Below are positions 40,191-52,910 of a DNA stretch of 64,000 nt, one piece after another. Numbering within the stretch: the stretch's first letter is position 1; every line of letters starts with the position of its first letter. The notes under the pieces are model-generated. The model had not been told where the DNA came from and made no database searches. It was given only the letters and a program-made list of their open reading frames with translations. Source of the DNA: Trichoplax adhaerens (Eukaryota > Animalia > Placozoa); NCBI RefSeq assembly GCF_000150275.1, contig NW_002060943.1:7820066-7884065 (forward strand), written 5' to 3'. The position numbers and the translations under genes are program-made.

Positions 40191-41210
40191 ACCGTCTTGA
40201 CGAAAGACGGTGTCACACCTAGACCTGAGAAAGGTTCGGTCCGGTTCAGACCGTTATGATCTATAGTGACATATATTTGTCATTGTCATGTCATATATAC
40301 TCACACCTAATGCTAACTTGGCCGCTACGAGCAGATATATGCATCCAAGAAGTACCGCGACATTATTTTTGCTTGCAGTGCAGTATCTCTACTGTACTGT
40401 ATATCAATTAATCAATACAAAAACTACGTCAATATATTGATATCCATACCGTCTTGACGAAAGACGTGTCACACCTAAGGATAACTTGGCCGCTACGAGC
40501 AGATAAATGCATCCTAGAAGTACCGTGACATTATTTTTGCTTGCAGTGCAGTATCTCTACTGTACTGTATATCAATTAATTAGTACAAAAACTACGTCAG
40601 TATGACATATCTATATCCATACCGTCTTTCGTCAAGACGGTGTCACACCTAATGATAACTTGGCCGCTACGAGTAGATAAATGCATCCAAGAAGTACCGT
40701 GACATTATTTTTGCTTGCAGTGCAGTATCTCTACTGTACTGTATATCAATTAATCAATACAAAAACTACGTCAATATATTGATATCCATACCGTCTTGAC
40801 GAAAGAAATGTCACACCTAAGGATAACTTGGCCGCTACGAGTAGATAAATGAATCCAAGAAGTACCGTGACATTATTTTTGCTTGCAGTGCAGTATCTCT
40901 ACTGTACTCCATATCAGTTAATCAATACAAAAACTACGTCAATATATTGATATCCATACCCTCTTGACGAAAGAAATGTCACACCTAAGGATAACTTGGC
41001 CGCTACGAGTAGATAAATGCATCCAAGAAGTACCGCGACATTATTTTTGCTTGCAGTACAGTATCTGTACTTTACTGTACACTCTTAGTCAGCATTTGCT
41101 TATTAAGATCACTGGTTGATGCTTTTCAAAGTGGCAAAATACTTTGATACACACTGTATATAAATAAATTAATTAATACAAAAATTACGTCAACATATCG
41201 ATATCCATTC
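40191..41210. repeat. Tandem array of ~169-bp units (5 copies), each starting with a hairpin followed by CTAR
   Basis: Units start at 40191, 40448, 40621, 40790 and 40958 (accgtcttgacgaaagacggt-gtcacacctar-gataacttggccgctacgag...). Confidence 0.93.
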
Positions 41211-41984
41211 CATTTTGATAAGTGTAAAGAAGCTTACTTTACAACATTGTAGTACTGAAACTCAAATATTAGATACATCGTCAAATTATTGGGTAAAAAC
41301 AGTCGCAGGCTGGTCCAGGACTTCTCAGAGAAATCCCTTTCGAAGTCAAGTCTCTAGCGGACCAGATCTTGCTAGCCATTTTTAACTGCTATAACTTGAT
41401 AAAGGTGTACAGTATGCTGCACACCGTATGTATTGCTCTACTCGACTCATTCCATGACCCCAGAATAGCAGTGATGACTGAATGTTTGTTCATTTTTGAA
41501 CTATCAATAAAGGAAATCGCAGATGTCAGTTGTTGAAACTACAGTATTGACATACTGATATTGTGCAAATTGACTGTCGCTGTCATCAACTCCTTTCGCA
41601 GCCTTTTGCAACACTAGACGTATTCCTATAGTAGTACTAATATGAGTGATGAGTAGTATAATGTTGCTTACTGTGTTCGCTTGAACTCCGACTAATGGGT
41701 AATACTGTAGCAGAATAATAGGGATGACAAGTCATTTTGCACGTGTGACCTCTCTTGTGACTCTTTCACCTATTCCCGGTATGATCATAAGATTACACTT
41801 CCTTTTGCAGTATAGCGTCTATATACACTTATTATACAGTAGAGGTCGATGCCACACCTCGCTAAGCCTTCAACTTATCCAGTTCAAAAGTGCATGCAAT
41901 AAAGCATTTTAGACTCTTCTAGTCTGGTGATTCCATTGGCTATACTGTCGTTCAATTTTAAAATTGAAACTATACACACCGATA

Positions 41985-44900
41985 ATGCCTAAATTTGTAT
42001 CTCCTCCAGAACGTTTACTACGTTCAGCAGCATCGCATGCAAGTAAATTGTCTAGCTCCTATTTACAAACTACCAATACAGGTGCATCGAGTACCAGTAC
42101 AGGCGCCGCTTACCGGGCTGCATTTTGTGCACAAACGAACAAGCCATTAGTTATTAAGAAAGTTTATGATACCAAGCAACTTGGTCCAAGTGAGGTTAGC
42201 AATTCTGAAATGGTATAGCTATCCATGTTGTATTATCATTTCTGTAGAAAGAAGATTGAAAACGTAGACTACATACGCGTACATAATCAAGAGAAAAGAC
42301 CATCACTTGTTGATCAAAAATATCAACATTATTCTATATAATCATTACACTGAAAATGGATTAAAATTAGAATTATTTATTGGCAATAATCTTTCCATCA
42401 TAATCAATTATGTTATCTATTGATCCTACTCGCAGTTACGTATAAGGATTCGGGCTTGTGCTATCAATTTCGCCGATATCCTCATGTGCCAAGGAGCTTA
42501 TCAGGAGAAACCAAATCTTCCATTTATTCCAGGTAATCACCAGAAAAATGACCTTGTTTGCAACTTACGCGTAGAATAACATACGAGTAGATTACAATCT
42601 GACCGAATTTTCATTCATGTATTGCTAAATAACTAGTAATATCCTATACTATTAACAACCAAGAGGTTTACTTCCGCTATACAGAAGAAAGAAAATTTAT
42701 ATATACTGTACTGTACAAATGCCTATTTGCAATTTCTGATCTGGCTCTGTGTTCCTATTTTCTACCATAATGCGAAAATAAATAGAGAATTAATCAATAC
42801 CATTGACGCGTGGGGTACTGAATAATGGCTAATCTATCATTAATTATGTTATTACAGGCACAGAAATTGCAGGCGATATCATCGAGATTGGTTCTAATGT
42901 CACAACTTTCAAGAAGGTAAAGTTGACAAGATTGAATAATCGAAATTCATTAATTAATATACCTGAAATGTTTTATAATAACTGTACAACAAATGTATGT
43001 GAGCTTTATAGCTCAAGGTGGAGAATAGGTAAAAGACGTTAATTTATCATGTAATTCATTTTAAGATAAATATATCTTATTATACTGTACTTAACGACGC
43101 CATTCACTACCCTTACATAGGTTGCTGCTAAATTTTTAATTTTCTAGACTTACTGTATACAAGCAGCGTATCATCACTAATAATTTTCCTTTTAGGGAGA
43201 TAAGGTACTAGCGTTGGTTAATCTTCATGGATTCGCAGAACAATGTATTACTGATGTTGATGTAAGTTGTGACCGTGTATAACGAAAGCATGAAACCTAT
43301 CGTAGCCCATTTATATATTCATCATATACTACAGTATCCTAAAACGACACAGAATAATATTTTATTAAATCAATATCAACATAGAATACATTTTCGATTG
43401 TGGTATGCCTCATATCGCAACATGAGCAATCTTACCTAATATACAAGTATAACGGAACATTAACTGATTTGTACTTTCATAGGCTACTTGGAAAATACCC
43501 AATACAGTGAGCTATGCGACTGCAGCAACGCTAGTTGTATCTTACGCTACTGCTTACATGGCTTTTGATCGTCGAGCTGAACTTAAGAAAGGGTTAGCAG
43601 TCGATAGCTATCAGATTTTTTCAAATCTAAAAGTATATTTGTAGTTTATAACATGTATAAATAAATTCTTGTATCGTAGTAGACATTATTTTGTACTTAA
43701 AAACAATATATGAACAAGATCAAATCTTCATTAGTAAACTTCGTTCAGCTTACGTATTACTAAATAGTAAACATCATACCTTCAATTTTACAGAGAAACT
43801 GTGCTAGTTACTGCTGCAGCTGGTGGGACCGGCTTGGCTGCAGTAGATCTTGGAGCTAATGTATTTGGAGCTAACGTTATTGGCGCTGCTGGAAGTGCAG
43901 AAAAGACAGCATTAGCTAAAGTGAAAGGAGCAATGCATGCTATTAACTACCGGGAACAAGATATAAAAACGGAAGTTAGTAATACGAAAACACTAATCAA
44001 TATCTGACATATCACATGGCACCCATTATGGATCTCTATGGCTGATAGCATACAAGCTGTTAAGCATGTGTTTTTGCTATTAAATTTTTGTAGGTTTTAT
44101 CAATTACTAAACGTAAAGGCGTTGATGTAGTCTTTGATGCCGTAGGGGGCGATACCTTTGAAAAGTGTTTAAGATGGTATCACAAAATAAAATTAAACAT
44201 AATACGGTAATGAATTCCTAATCTAACTGATAATATCTGTAAACGACTAGTACCGGCTTCGGAGGTAGATTGCTTACTATTGGGTATGCATCCGGTAGCA
44301 TTCCTAAGGTTTGTTGCTTCCGTATCATAATTATATACTTAAATTACCTCTACGCCTTAAAAGTCGACAATAAATAAAATTACACCTACTAATTTTACTG
44401 ATATAGAACTAAATATTTTATCATGAGTAGATACCTGCTAATATACTTCTTGTAAAGAATATATCAGCCGGTGAGTTTAAACATACTCTGTAAATGAACA
44501 ATACCTGTGAAATTGCTTCTTACTTTAAAACATCTATTACAATTCTTCTTATTCTTTAGTCGGATTATATTGGGTAAGAGAAGAAGATCAAGTTGAATGA
44601 TGAAGACAGTTTCTATAGAAGAATAAATATTGACCTTAATTTTAAAATACGAAAAATTCACAATTAATCTTTTATGTTAGGGCTCCTACCGTTTTAAAGA
44701 TCCAAAGTTATATAAACATTCTATAGATTCGGTTGTGCGGCTACTTGGCGAAGGAAAGATTCACCCGCATGTTGGTGCCTCATTCCCCTTAAACAAGGTA
44801 TTATTGAATGATCTTTCAATTACTCGGTCGTCGTCAATTTTATTACGTCACACAGTACGAACATGTAGTAAATAGATAATCATAACTCAGCTGAAATAGT

Positions 44901-45030
44901 CGATATATCTAACCAGTAGTTATTATTGTTTTATAAATTTGGTCTTGTAATATTTTCTTAGATTAACGAAGCTTTCCAGTTTATTAAAGATCGCAAATCA
45001 ACTGGAAAAATTGCTATAACAATGGATTAG
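41985..45030 (+). CDS. NADPH:quinone oxidoreductase / zeta-crystallin-like MDR enzyme, paralog 1
   Basis: IRIRACAINFADILMCQGAYQEKPNLPFIPGTEIAG; VLVTAAAGGTGLAAVDLG; KGVDVVFDAVGG; GRLLTIGYASGSIP; RKSTGKIAITMD*. Confidence 0.92.
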
Positions 45031-46100
45031 CCGAAAACAATATCGCCTGCTTCTTTTCTTAAGGCTATTAATGTAACTGTGATACATTTTTTTCTCCTAT
45101 TTCGAATATACTACGGTATCACTTCATATTTTCAAAATAAATTACCAAAACTGACAAATTGAGTCGATTTGTCCTATCGATGTGAAAAATTAACCATTTT
45201 ACGTACTTACAATCTTGTTAATTATTTAGACGGTGATACAAGTTTTTATAAATATGATAGCGTTTCTGCTGATACCTTTTGCCTTAACCCAATCTAGTAC
45301 CGATCGTGTACAACAGCTTACATACAGTAGTTAAATCACACATCTCAAGTGCGATATAAAATTTAATCCTACTCGTCTAAATTTAGGATAAGCTTTGAAC
45401 GACCTCACATTTCTACATCCTTGGTCTTTTTCTAAAATTCATAAAATGACTAACGAACGTTATTCAGATTTAGTAATTTATTTACATATGTAACCGCTAT
45501 TGATAGGAGACAACTGACTTCTGCAGCAAAGCAATAGTCATTTTTAACGTTTCACTTCGTGCAGTAGATCAAGTACCAGTTTACACATTGAACTTTATAC
45601 TCATCCTCAGAATAATATAGCAAATTTGATATAGTTTTTAGTTTTTATTGATGATATTGTAGATGATATGTAATGTTATCATTCATGCACGTATGAATAT
45701 TTAGCTTAAGTAGACTTTAAATCCATTAATGATAACTCGTATAGTATTTACTGAAGTAAAATGTACGCGTATACTTGATAGCTGGCTTACCAGTAATAAA
45801 GTAGGATAACAAGAGCTAAAAAATTATGTAAGTAATCTTATTCTGTAAAAAATGAGTGTAGGGAGCTTACTGTAAATAGTTTGAAAATTATTATCATCGA
45901 CTAATTAATTCATCTGTAGTAAAAGCTTTAAACTTTAGAAATTTCACTTGTATAATGATTACTTGAGTACTTTAGGCTTGAATTCCGATATAACTGCATT
46001 ATTAGAATTGTAAATGTAATTAATCCAGCATTTTTTAGTTACAGATAAACTCCTGTAAACGCGGTACAAATCTAGTAATGTTAAATTGAGTTATAGTTTT

Positions 46101-49100
46101 TCAATGATTCGGGCAAAGTAACACTTTTCCTGTTGATTTCCGACCAAGAATGAATTTAAAAGCCTGATTGACCTAGTCATTCGAGAACATTTATAGTCAA
46201 CACATTAATACAAATATTTCAAGACTACGTATACAGTATTAGAAGTTTCGTAATTCATGATGATTATCATCAATGGAAGGAACCTTATTATAAGGAAACA
46301 CTTTAGAGTAGTGAGGCCGAATCTTCTTCTCAGAGCACAATTGTAAAATCGTCGTTACAGATTCGGAAAATTTTTCGTGATCAAAAAGTTCATAATTGCT
46401 CTGTAGATATAATAAGGTAGCTTACTAAGTTACAATGCTTATAAAATTTTAACGGAATTACATATCAATTCCATCTCTATCTCGTAAATTAAATCTAAAC
46501 TTAAAATTACGTATTTTAGGCTTACCCAAAAAAGTCCAACTGACAGACGCAAAGAAATATAATTGATGAAGATCAAAACAACGATTTATCAAATATATAC
46601 TTAACTATTACACTAGTAAAAAAATTGGACAGCATGATAATAATTATAAGATTTTGCTACTTACTGACTGAAACATTCTTAACCAGTAAAATATTAGCAG
46701 GTATCTAAGTAGTAATTAATGATTCGTTAGCTTTGAAGTAGTAGTTTATGTAGGTAGCTAATAACACTACTATTATCAATATATTTGTCAGTAAATATTC
46801 AGCCTACCCTGTTGGAGAATAAGCTATATTTTAATATGAGACAGTAATTTAACATCGTATAGTAATACAATATTTAAAATAGACGTACACTTGGGATTTG
46901 ACCGGATGCAAATCCTATAGGGACAATTCTACCGTCCATTGCAATACTATTAGTTAAAAAAAGAAATAACAAAAATTTATCATAAAGTATATCTATGAAT
47001 AAAATCAAGTAAATCGTATCGATTCTCATTTTATCGTTATAACTCAGATATAGAACAATTATAAGACGATTGATTGAAATATTCTCTCATTTATATTCAC
47101 TAATATCATGGATGCTACTTAAGTCTTATACGACAAATCTTAAAATACTTGCTCTAGTAAAGTAGTTTTAATTTAATATTGTATCTCTTATTATACAAAT
47201 AAGTTATAGAAACTCTTGATCCACATGTAAAACGACCAAATTGCAGTATATCGTAAACGCTATTTGTAATCTCTGACGACAGTGTAAGGACAGAATAAGA
47301 CTATTTTGATTTGGTAAACATATTCTCTGGTTATATTACAATATAACAAGATATCGTAGAGAACTAATGTTGTAACACTACATGGTAAAAATTGATCGAT
47401 CTCGTGATGTGATGAATATAATAACTCTAATATACGCGTATAATGTATTCGAATAGCTTATTTAAGTCTTGTGATGTTCCTACATAGTATATTCCATTCT
47501 ATTAGGCCTCCGTACGACCAAGATTATTATGAGCTGTCCAGTCTAGAACTTTTCATAGTGCTATTTATGTTTATTTATAAACTAATGAAAATAGACCTAT
47601 GCAAACTTAATCAACTAATTTCACAATCGATAATGATGTAGTAAACGAATGCCAGAATTACAGCTATAGTTTCTACTCATACGTCGCCAATATATGAAAA
47701 GCCTCGTTTGATTATGCAGTATATAACTTATTAGACGGTATTCGATCTAGCTAAAATTGAATATTATGATAATTCGATATAAATCTCTAATGTTTTGGAC
47801 TACATAGGTAGGTAATTTGTAATTGTTTTTAATACTGTAAAATACCTGCGTAATCCGATCTTGAACATATCACCTCCTACGTTATCGATCATAACGTTTA
47901 TGCCTCTCTTATCGGTTATTGCTAAAATCTGTAACAGTAAGTAATAATGAAGAGCTTATATGCTAATCAATATACTAAATAGTATACTTTGTAAACTAAA
48001 GAGTATCTTATATAATTTATTGAAATACGAGTAAATCAGATTTATAATCGATTTATATTAAATTTTATACATAGAAATTGTATACTTCTTTATACCTCTT
48101 TTCTTACGTCCTGCTTTCGGTGATTAATTACATAGGTAGCACCTCTATCCTTAACCAGCTCGATCTTTTCATCATCTCCAACTATAGCGATGACTTTAGC
48201 TCCGATTACATTAGCAGCAATGTCTACAGCGGCTAGTCCGACACTACCAGCTGCTCCAGAAACTAGCACTGTTTCTCTACATCGTCATAATTAGTCATAA
48301 TTATATTATCCGTTATAACTATCTTTAGTATTTATAATAATAGTACAATAAAAGGAATACACTATACGATCTATACCCTATTTGAGTACTAGCTTTAGCT
48401 ATTAATGCCATATGAGCAGTTCCATATGACACTAAGCCTGCGGTTGCATCTTGTAAGCTGACGTTATCGGGTAATTTCCATACCGACTTCAATTAAGTAA
48501 CAAAAATAGTTCAATTTAATGTCTACTTGTGTTATTTCATTGTAACTAATGCAATTGTATTCTTTCTTATACTCTAAAATAGTATGCATGAATTTACCTT
48601 AGTATAGTTAACACACTCGTCCGCATATCCTCCTAAGTGCATCGGAGCGATAACCCTATCTCCCTGTAGTAAAATACAGTTATTCATATTATTAATATTT
48701 TTGTATTAAATGGCACTAGCTAGAAGCTATTTAAATAATCAGTTCCTGTAGTTTAATTGTGCTAGCGTACTTTTATCAGTGCTTAACAAGGTCTATACTA
48801 CGTTATAATTTATGTATACAACTTTCCTATGTATTGAGTAGACATTAAAAAATCGAACGCAAATTTATTTATTCACGTTTTAAAAGTTTATCAATAAACT
48901 GTTAAGGGATATATTTCACTGTACGTGTACAACACAATTTTCAACAGTACAGTCTACCTAACTTTACGATAGTCTGACCTACAGTAAGATATGCAATTAT
49001 GCATCGCACAGTACAATCTTAATCAATCAATCGATAATATATGAGAAAATATTACTTTCTACTTCTAACTTACGATTTGATATCCGGTTACATCTCGTCC

Positions 49101-49896
49101 AACTTCTATGATAGTTCCTGCAGGTTCACATCCTAATTATCATGTAATTAATCAATCTTTAAGCTTGGAATGTTAAACAATTTATAATAGTAGACATAAA
49201 TCTATGAATTGTACAGTATATTTCAACCTGGAACAAAAGGTAGTTCAGGACGTTCTTGATATAGTCCCATCGATTTTAGAATATCTGCATAATTGATGCC
49301 ACAATATTCGACTTTTATTCTCACCTGTATAAAATAGGAGATGGAATTGAAGATTACAGTAACTTTATCTTTACTAATAATAATTAATTTAAAAGTTTCT
49401 AACTGGCTAATCGTTTCTCTCGTATTAACTTGCCATAATTCAATTTATTCGTGTACAATCGATAAATTACAGCAGCTATCCACTATGGCATTACTTATCG
49501 TATGCAGTAAGATTAAGATTAAAAGTACTAACAACTCTTACAGATTGATTTAATTCACCTAACGTGAATGCACTAGATACAGTACATCGATTACAGAACT
49601 ATCACTGTCCTTTATCGACCTCGCTATTTTGCAATGGCTGACGAGATAAATCTTTCATAACCAGAGGCTTCTTCAGCTCTTCGCATACGACCGCCTGATA
49701 CGAGCCACCGGAGGTATCGATCATTGATAGATTTGTCTTGGATGCAGACCTAAAAGANNNNNNNNNNNNNNNNNNNNNNNNNNNNNNNNNNNNNNNNNNN
49801 NNNNNNNNNNNNNNNNNNNNNNNNNNNNNNNNNNNNNNNNNNNNNNNNNNNNNNNNNNNNNNNNNNNNNNNNNNNNNNNNNNGTGGATAAAGCCAT
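46101..49896 (-). CDS. NADPH:quinone oxidoreductase-like MDR enzyme, paralog 2 (first exon spans an assembly gap)
   Basis: VRIKVEYCGINYADILKSMGLYQERPELPFVPGCEPAG; VLVSGAAGSVGLAAVDIA; GRIVPIGFASGQIP; RKSTGKVLLCPNH*. Intron positions match paralog 1. The start codon is tentative. Confidence 0.9.
49758..49882. other. Assembly gap (125 N)
   Basis: Run of N. Confidence 1.
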
Positions 49897-51649
49897 TGCT
49901 GCCGATGAAGAGTAGCGTAAGATTTAATACCGAATTAAATAATTGACAATCACAAGAGGAGATCACTTAACTTTATTGACAAAAGTATAATACCGAAATT
50001 CTTTTCATCTTTATTGACCTTAAGTTGAAGATATGACCTCGAGATTCTAGCCAAAACAGAATCCGAAATCACGAGTACGTATGTACGAATATGTTCGCAC
50101 GATTTGCACTACTGAAAAAGCACAGTAGTGTACAGTATTCGTTCGTAGCTCTCGATGGGATTGTGAATATTGCTACTCATACTAATTATCCACTCACGCG
50201 ATATTTTCCAATCAATAAAGTCAATAAAGAGACTGGCACTAAATTCTATAGTGTATTATACGAATTCAGTAGTTAAGCTTTGAACTCGTAGATGCAAGTT
50301 GCAATGTTGCATACACTATTAAATTATGTATTACAGGATTTATTGTCTCAGTAAAAATCACTCTCGTAAATCCTGCAGGAAATTCTGTATGGGTGCTTGC
50401 TATCCTGTTGCTGTTACTGTGAATTAGATTTTTCTTTTCTTTTTTTACCTTTATGATCAATACTACAGCATAGTACTTGTAGTTTTGTGCTGTACAGTAC
50501 TGTAACCTACCATAGTGAGATAGTAATTCGTGATGGGCTAAGCATACGGTAATTTAATGAAAATGCGTTATTGATCGACCAGTTTTCTGGTTGATTACGC
50601 TGATTATGTTATCTATTATAGAATTTTATTTGATTTAAACATTACATCTACAATCAAGGCTTTACTTGAAATGAATAGATAGCAAATAGATAGTAACTCA
50701 CAAATACGTGCCTGAAATAATTTCTACTTATTTTATTAACTTCGCTAACCGAATCTGTATATCTAGCCGTGCGTTAAATATATAATTTACACCAGGGTTT
50801 GAAAATACTAATTTGTACACATTATTAATTCAGAGTTAAACAGTGCTACAGAGCAAAACTATTAACTGCGCCATAAGCACCAAGAAATGAAATCATACGC
50901 GATCATACCTGTTAATCCTTGTATCCTGGCTCGCATATAAGAGATATCTTGATTGAAAAAGTTCTTCAATTGCGGTACTATTGCAGAAGATGGTGTGACA
51001 ACTTGGCGGCGTACAATTGCTATTGCCATTGTCTATTCTATTTTATGTTTCAAATTTGAACAAAATGGTAACTCAAAAAGGAATGATGTAAGAAAGGCAA
51101 GTAGCAACAGTAGACTCGGAAACAATTAGCTTACAGTACAACAAGAGATTTATACTTCTGAAAGTAATATTTTTAATAAGCCTGCCTACAAGGTGTATTG
51201 CAGCTTTGTTAGATCAAATGTTATAAACAATTTTAAAAGACTTAATAACTGAACTAATTAATGAGATGCAAACGGCAAACTACCTCTTGCGGTAGTGATA
51301 GTTACCGTTCTTGATTCGTGATATAAATAGATATTTATTTATTTATTTATTTATAAATTTATTGCTGTTGTCCTACTGTTCAATGTAAGATTGTGAATTC
51401 AATCGTCCATGATTATGTGGATAATTAATTCATATGATCATGCAAAATAGGGTAATAATAATCATTATAATTACAAACTTTATTTTTTATAATTGAAAAG
51501 AAAAATGGAAATGGCTGCAGTTAGTTTTTTTTTTTTTATGAAATGATGTCACCACGATTGTCGGATATTGTATACGGTAAAGACAGACTGACGGATTTGG
51601 CAACTTTGAAAACGCACTTTGACTCCAGGGAATGGAAAGAGTGGTCTCC

Positions 51650-51780
51650 TCCTACAGTACATTGTACACTAGTGTACAGTACTAGACCATGAGATGTACT
51701 GTAATGAAACACTTGGACGGTGCGGTCTGGGGCGGTACGGTACTCTATCGGACCTGATCGCATACAGCACAGTATACTAC
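51650..51780. promoter_or_regulatory. TACAGTA-rich cluster upstream of LAMTOR4
   Basis: ctacagtacattgtacactagtgtacagtacta, gtactgtaa, cacagtatac. Confidence 0.5.
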
Positions 51781-51994
51781 CTCGAAACGTAACCACATCC
51801 TATATAGAATCAATCACCTTATAGGATTTAATATGGATAGAACGTACGGATTGTATACTACAGTCCATCTAGTTGAAACAAAGCAGCAAGCCATTCCTAG
51901 TTCTCATTCACGGCAAAAATCCACTGGAAGTTATTTAATTAAAAGATTGGTGGAGAATTGTAATTGGAAATAAAGATTCCTGATATCTAGCATC

Positions 51995-52910
51995 ATGGTA
52001 TACGATATTCATCATGTCAGATCAATGCGTAGAACCATACTACAGTAAAATGCACACGCAAGTTTGCAACAGTTTTTACAGCATGGATAAATAGATAATT
52101 ATTCCTTTTTTAATTAATGGACTTGTTATCATCATCATTCTATATTTGAATCAACTTATCCGATTTCTGTTATAAGGCGACTCTTCCTCAAGGATTAGAT
52201 AAAATAAAGAATCAACTTGGCTATTTAGTTGTTGATATGGACGAGAATATTTTAGCGGTGAGAAAATGAATCAATATTCTTCTTATACTCGTAGACTTCA
52301 ATCATTCTATACAGTATACTTGACAGCTCATTCTCGAAGAAACCAACGCAATTTCTCTATTATCATCAAGTAATCGTAATCATACTGTATACTAGTATTA
52401 ATATGTTTCCATTTTTAGTCAGTAAAGTGATCATGATTGCCTAATGGCAAAAAAAGTAGGCTCAGTCTTATAGACTGCGAATAGTCCATGGCACATTCGC
52501 TTCATTAAATAGTAAAAATACTCTTATACGGTAATTTGTTGCCAAATGAATCGCAATGAAATAGTTTTCTTTATAACAAATATCGACACAGTCATCAGGA
52601 GAACTCAATAATGACGGTAAAGCGGCATCAACAGCGGTGGACATGATTCGATTGGTGAAGAAGTATTTACAAATGTCTAATGGTGAAACCTATGATGACT
52701 TTAAGAGGATAAGCAGTACGTTGACCATGACGCCATAATCATAGTAGCTTGTTGCCATGTTAAAGAAATGTCTTTGTTAATTTAGTGATAGCTCTGAACT
52801 AATATCATTTTTCTAATGTATAACCACCACTAGTTACATCAGGCGAAATTGTACATCAAATTACTGCAAGCGATGGCAAGATTTACGTCAGCAAGCAGTC
52901 TCTGCATTGA
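51995..52910 (+). CDS. LAMTOR4: Ragulator complex protein LAMTOR4 (absent from the ORF track)
   Basis: ATG|gt at 51995 plus exons ~52177-52257, ~52592-52716 and ~52834-52910: MATLPQGLDKIKNQLGYLVVDMDENILASSGELNNDGKAAST...FKRISITSGEIVHQITASDGKIYVSKQSLH*. Human by recall: [32 protein letters not shown]. Confidence 0.9.

Noticed and set aside
40191-41080. CRISPR-like regularly spaced palindromic repeats
   Set aside because: Whole units are repeated with no unique spacers, there are no cas genes, and the context is eukaryotic.
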